Shown here: one piece after another, positions 62,868-64,000 of the stretch
How positions within the stretch are numbered: position 1 is the first letter of the stretch
How the letters are laid out: each line of letters starts with the position of its first letter
From: Eremomyces bilateralis CBS 781.70
Lineage: Eukaryota
DNA: 64,000 nucleotides
Reading direction: 5' to 3' (one strand)
Assembly (NCBI GenBank): GCA_010015585.1
Contig: ML975160.1
Position numbers and translations under genes: made by a program
Notes under the pieces: model-generated
Database searches by the model: none
Seen by the model: the letters and a program-made list of their open reading frames with translations, nothing else
What the model was told of the DNA's origin: nothing

Positions 62868-63227
62868 ACGCTTTCCAACGATGCATATCCACTTTCTTTG
62901 TTATCAAACAAACCAAATACACGCATCCCAAAATCATCGTGATGAGACGCTTGTCGTGAGGAGTCGGCCGGATGAAATCAAAACGCCGTGGTCGGTGGTG
63001 GGTGAGGGGTAGATTGGGAGGGATGGATGGACCGACGACGAATGCATGCTGATGGTCGACGTATCTCTCTTTATGGTAGACCGGACGTATCTCCTTGCTG
63101 TTCTGTTTTGATAGCCGAATTACATCGTTTGCAATCATTGCAGGCTCTCGTCTGTCTGGTCCATGTGATGATATATGTGTAGCATCTTGTCCTGCATCGT
63201 GATATCCTAGAGCCAGAGAGCATCAAG

Positions 63228-64000
63228 ATGTTCTGCACATCTGATCGTATCGCCACCTCCGCCGCCCCTCTTAGTCATCCAGACATCACCCTACCTCCCA
63301 GCACATGCACTGATGCACTTGCTGCGCTGTTATGCTCAACTCCACCAAAACGCTGGCCGCAAGTCCTGTTTACAACATTTCACTGCAAGTTTTTGATCAT
63401 TGTCCCGAGAGTCAACATTGTGGGCGCGATAGAAGAAAATATTCGTTGGAGTACCGCGACGATAGCCAAGGCACCTTCGAGCAGAGGATTCATCTTGGAC
63501 TCTTTTCCCTGTCCTCCCCAGCAGGATGCTCTTGTCATTACCAAAGATGTCCGAGATTTGGCCCGAAGGCTTTCATATGCCAATCCAGACCTGCATGGGC
63601 TCCTCATGTGTAAAGGTGTCCTCAAGACAGAGGACCCAATCACCAAGGCTTCTCTCTTGTTCACGTTCGTTTTCAAACTGCCCGAGAGCTACACAGATGT
63701 GCGCAGTCTCCGGAGTCTCTTGACAGATGCCAGTCCCAACCATTCTCTCTCTGCCAGATTCGAGGTTGCGAGCCAGATCGCTAGGTCCGTATGCAATGTC
63801 CGCAGCTTTGGTTTCGTTCACAAAAACCTTTCTCCCGAGACGATTCTCGTACTGGGCAACCAGAACACCTCAATAGGGGCAGCGTACCTTGTAGGGTTCG
63901 ACCGGTTTCGAACAACGCAAGGCAATACAGCACGGTTAGGGGATTCAAACTGGGAGCGGAACTTGTACCGTCATCCACGGCGACAAGGTGCAAGCCCGGA
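63228..64000 (+). CDS. Kinase-like domain of the type found in fungal HeLo/HET-s-kinase proteins (runs off the window)
   Basis: Frame open from 63183 to the window end (absent from the ORF track): KDVRDLARRL..ANP..HGLLMCKG, HSLSARFEVASQIARSV, FVHKNLSPETIL, YLVGFDRFR, WERNLYRHPRRQG. Confidence 0.75.
   Translation, partial: MFCTSDRIATSAAPLSHPDITLPPSTCTDALAALLCSTPPKRWPQVLFTTFHCKFLIIVPRVNIVGAIEENIRWSTATIAKAPSSRGFILDSFPCPPQQDALVITKDVRDLARRLSYANPDLHGLLMCKGVLKTEDPITKASLLFTFVFKLPESYTDVRSLRSLLTDASPNHSLSARFEVASQIARSVCNVRSFGFVHKNLSPETILVLGNQNTSIGAAYLVGFDRFRTTQGNTARLGDSNWERNLYRHPRRQGASP

Noticed and set aside
1..64000. tRNA, 5S or other rRNA genes
   Set aside because: None recognised by eye; isolated GGTTCGA hits (e.g. 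near 43793) lack a cloverleaf context. tRNAscan-SE or Infernal would be needed to exclude them.

Overview
Genomic window from a filamentous ascomycete (Pezizomycotina, probably a dothideomycete), judged from short GT-AG introns with CTRAC branch points and from the gene families. Conserved genes: secreted carboxylesterase, LSH/IRC5-type SNF2 helicase, SRP68, a PPR protein, PMS1, the head-to-head myosin-motor chitin synthase pair (class V csmA / class VII csmB), a dual-specificity-phosphatase-like gene, STU1/CLASP, a Mit_KHE1-family gene, SRF1 and elongation factor 2. Three accessory patches interrupt them. (1) 1-3.4 kb: a complete hAT transposon (17-bp TIRs, perfect 8-bp TSD, intact transposase) and a solo LTR with a 5-bp TSD and an internal 13-bp minisatellite. 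(2) 19.9-21.9 kb: a decayed secreted-protein-like ORF, a LINE fragment and a 234-bp Fot1/pogo-type MITE. (3) 36.5-49 kb: a Fot1 transposase relic, decayed spliced orphans, two tandem APH-like kinase pseudogenes and a tiny Zn-ribbon-like ORF. The most interesting candidates are a secreted 444-aa protein with a PHM/DBH-like copper-monooxygenase motif layout but an altered CuH site, the intact hAT element, a Cx5K probable pseudophosphatase, a kinase-like ORF that appears to lack its HeLo domain, and repeated C-rich-then-G-rich skew blocks inside coding regions. All calls come from reading the sequence; no database searches were run.
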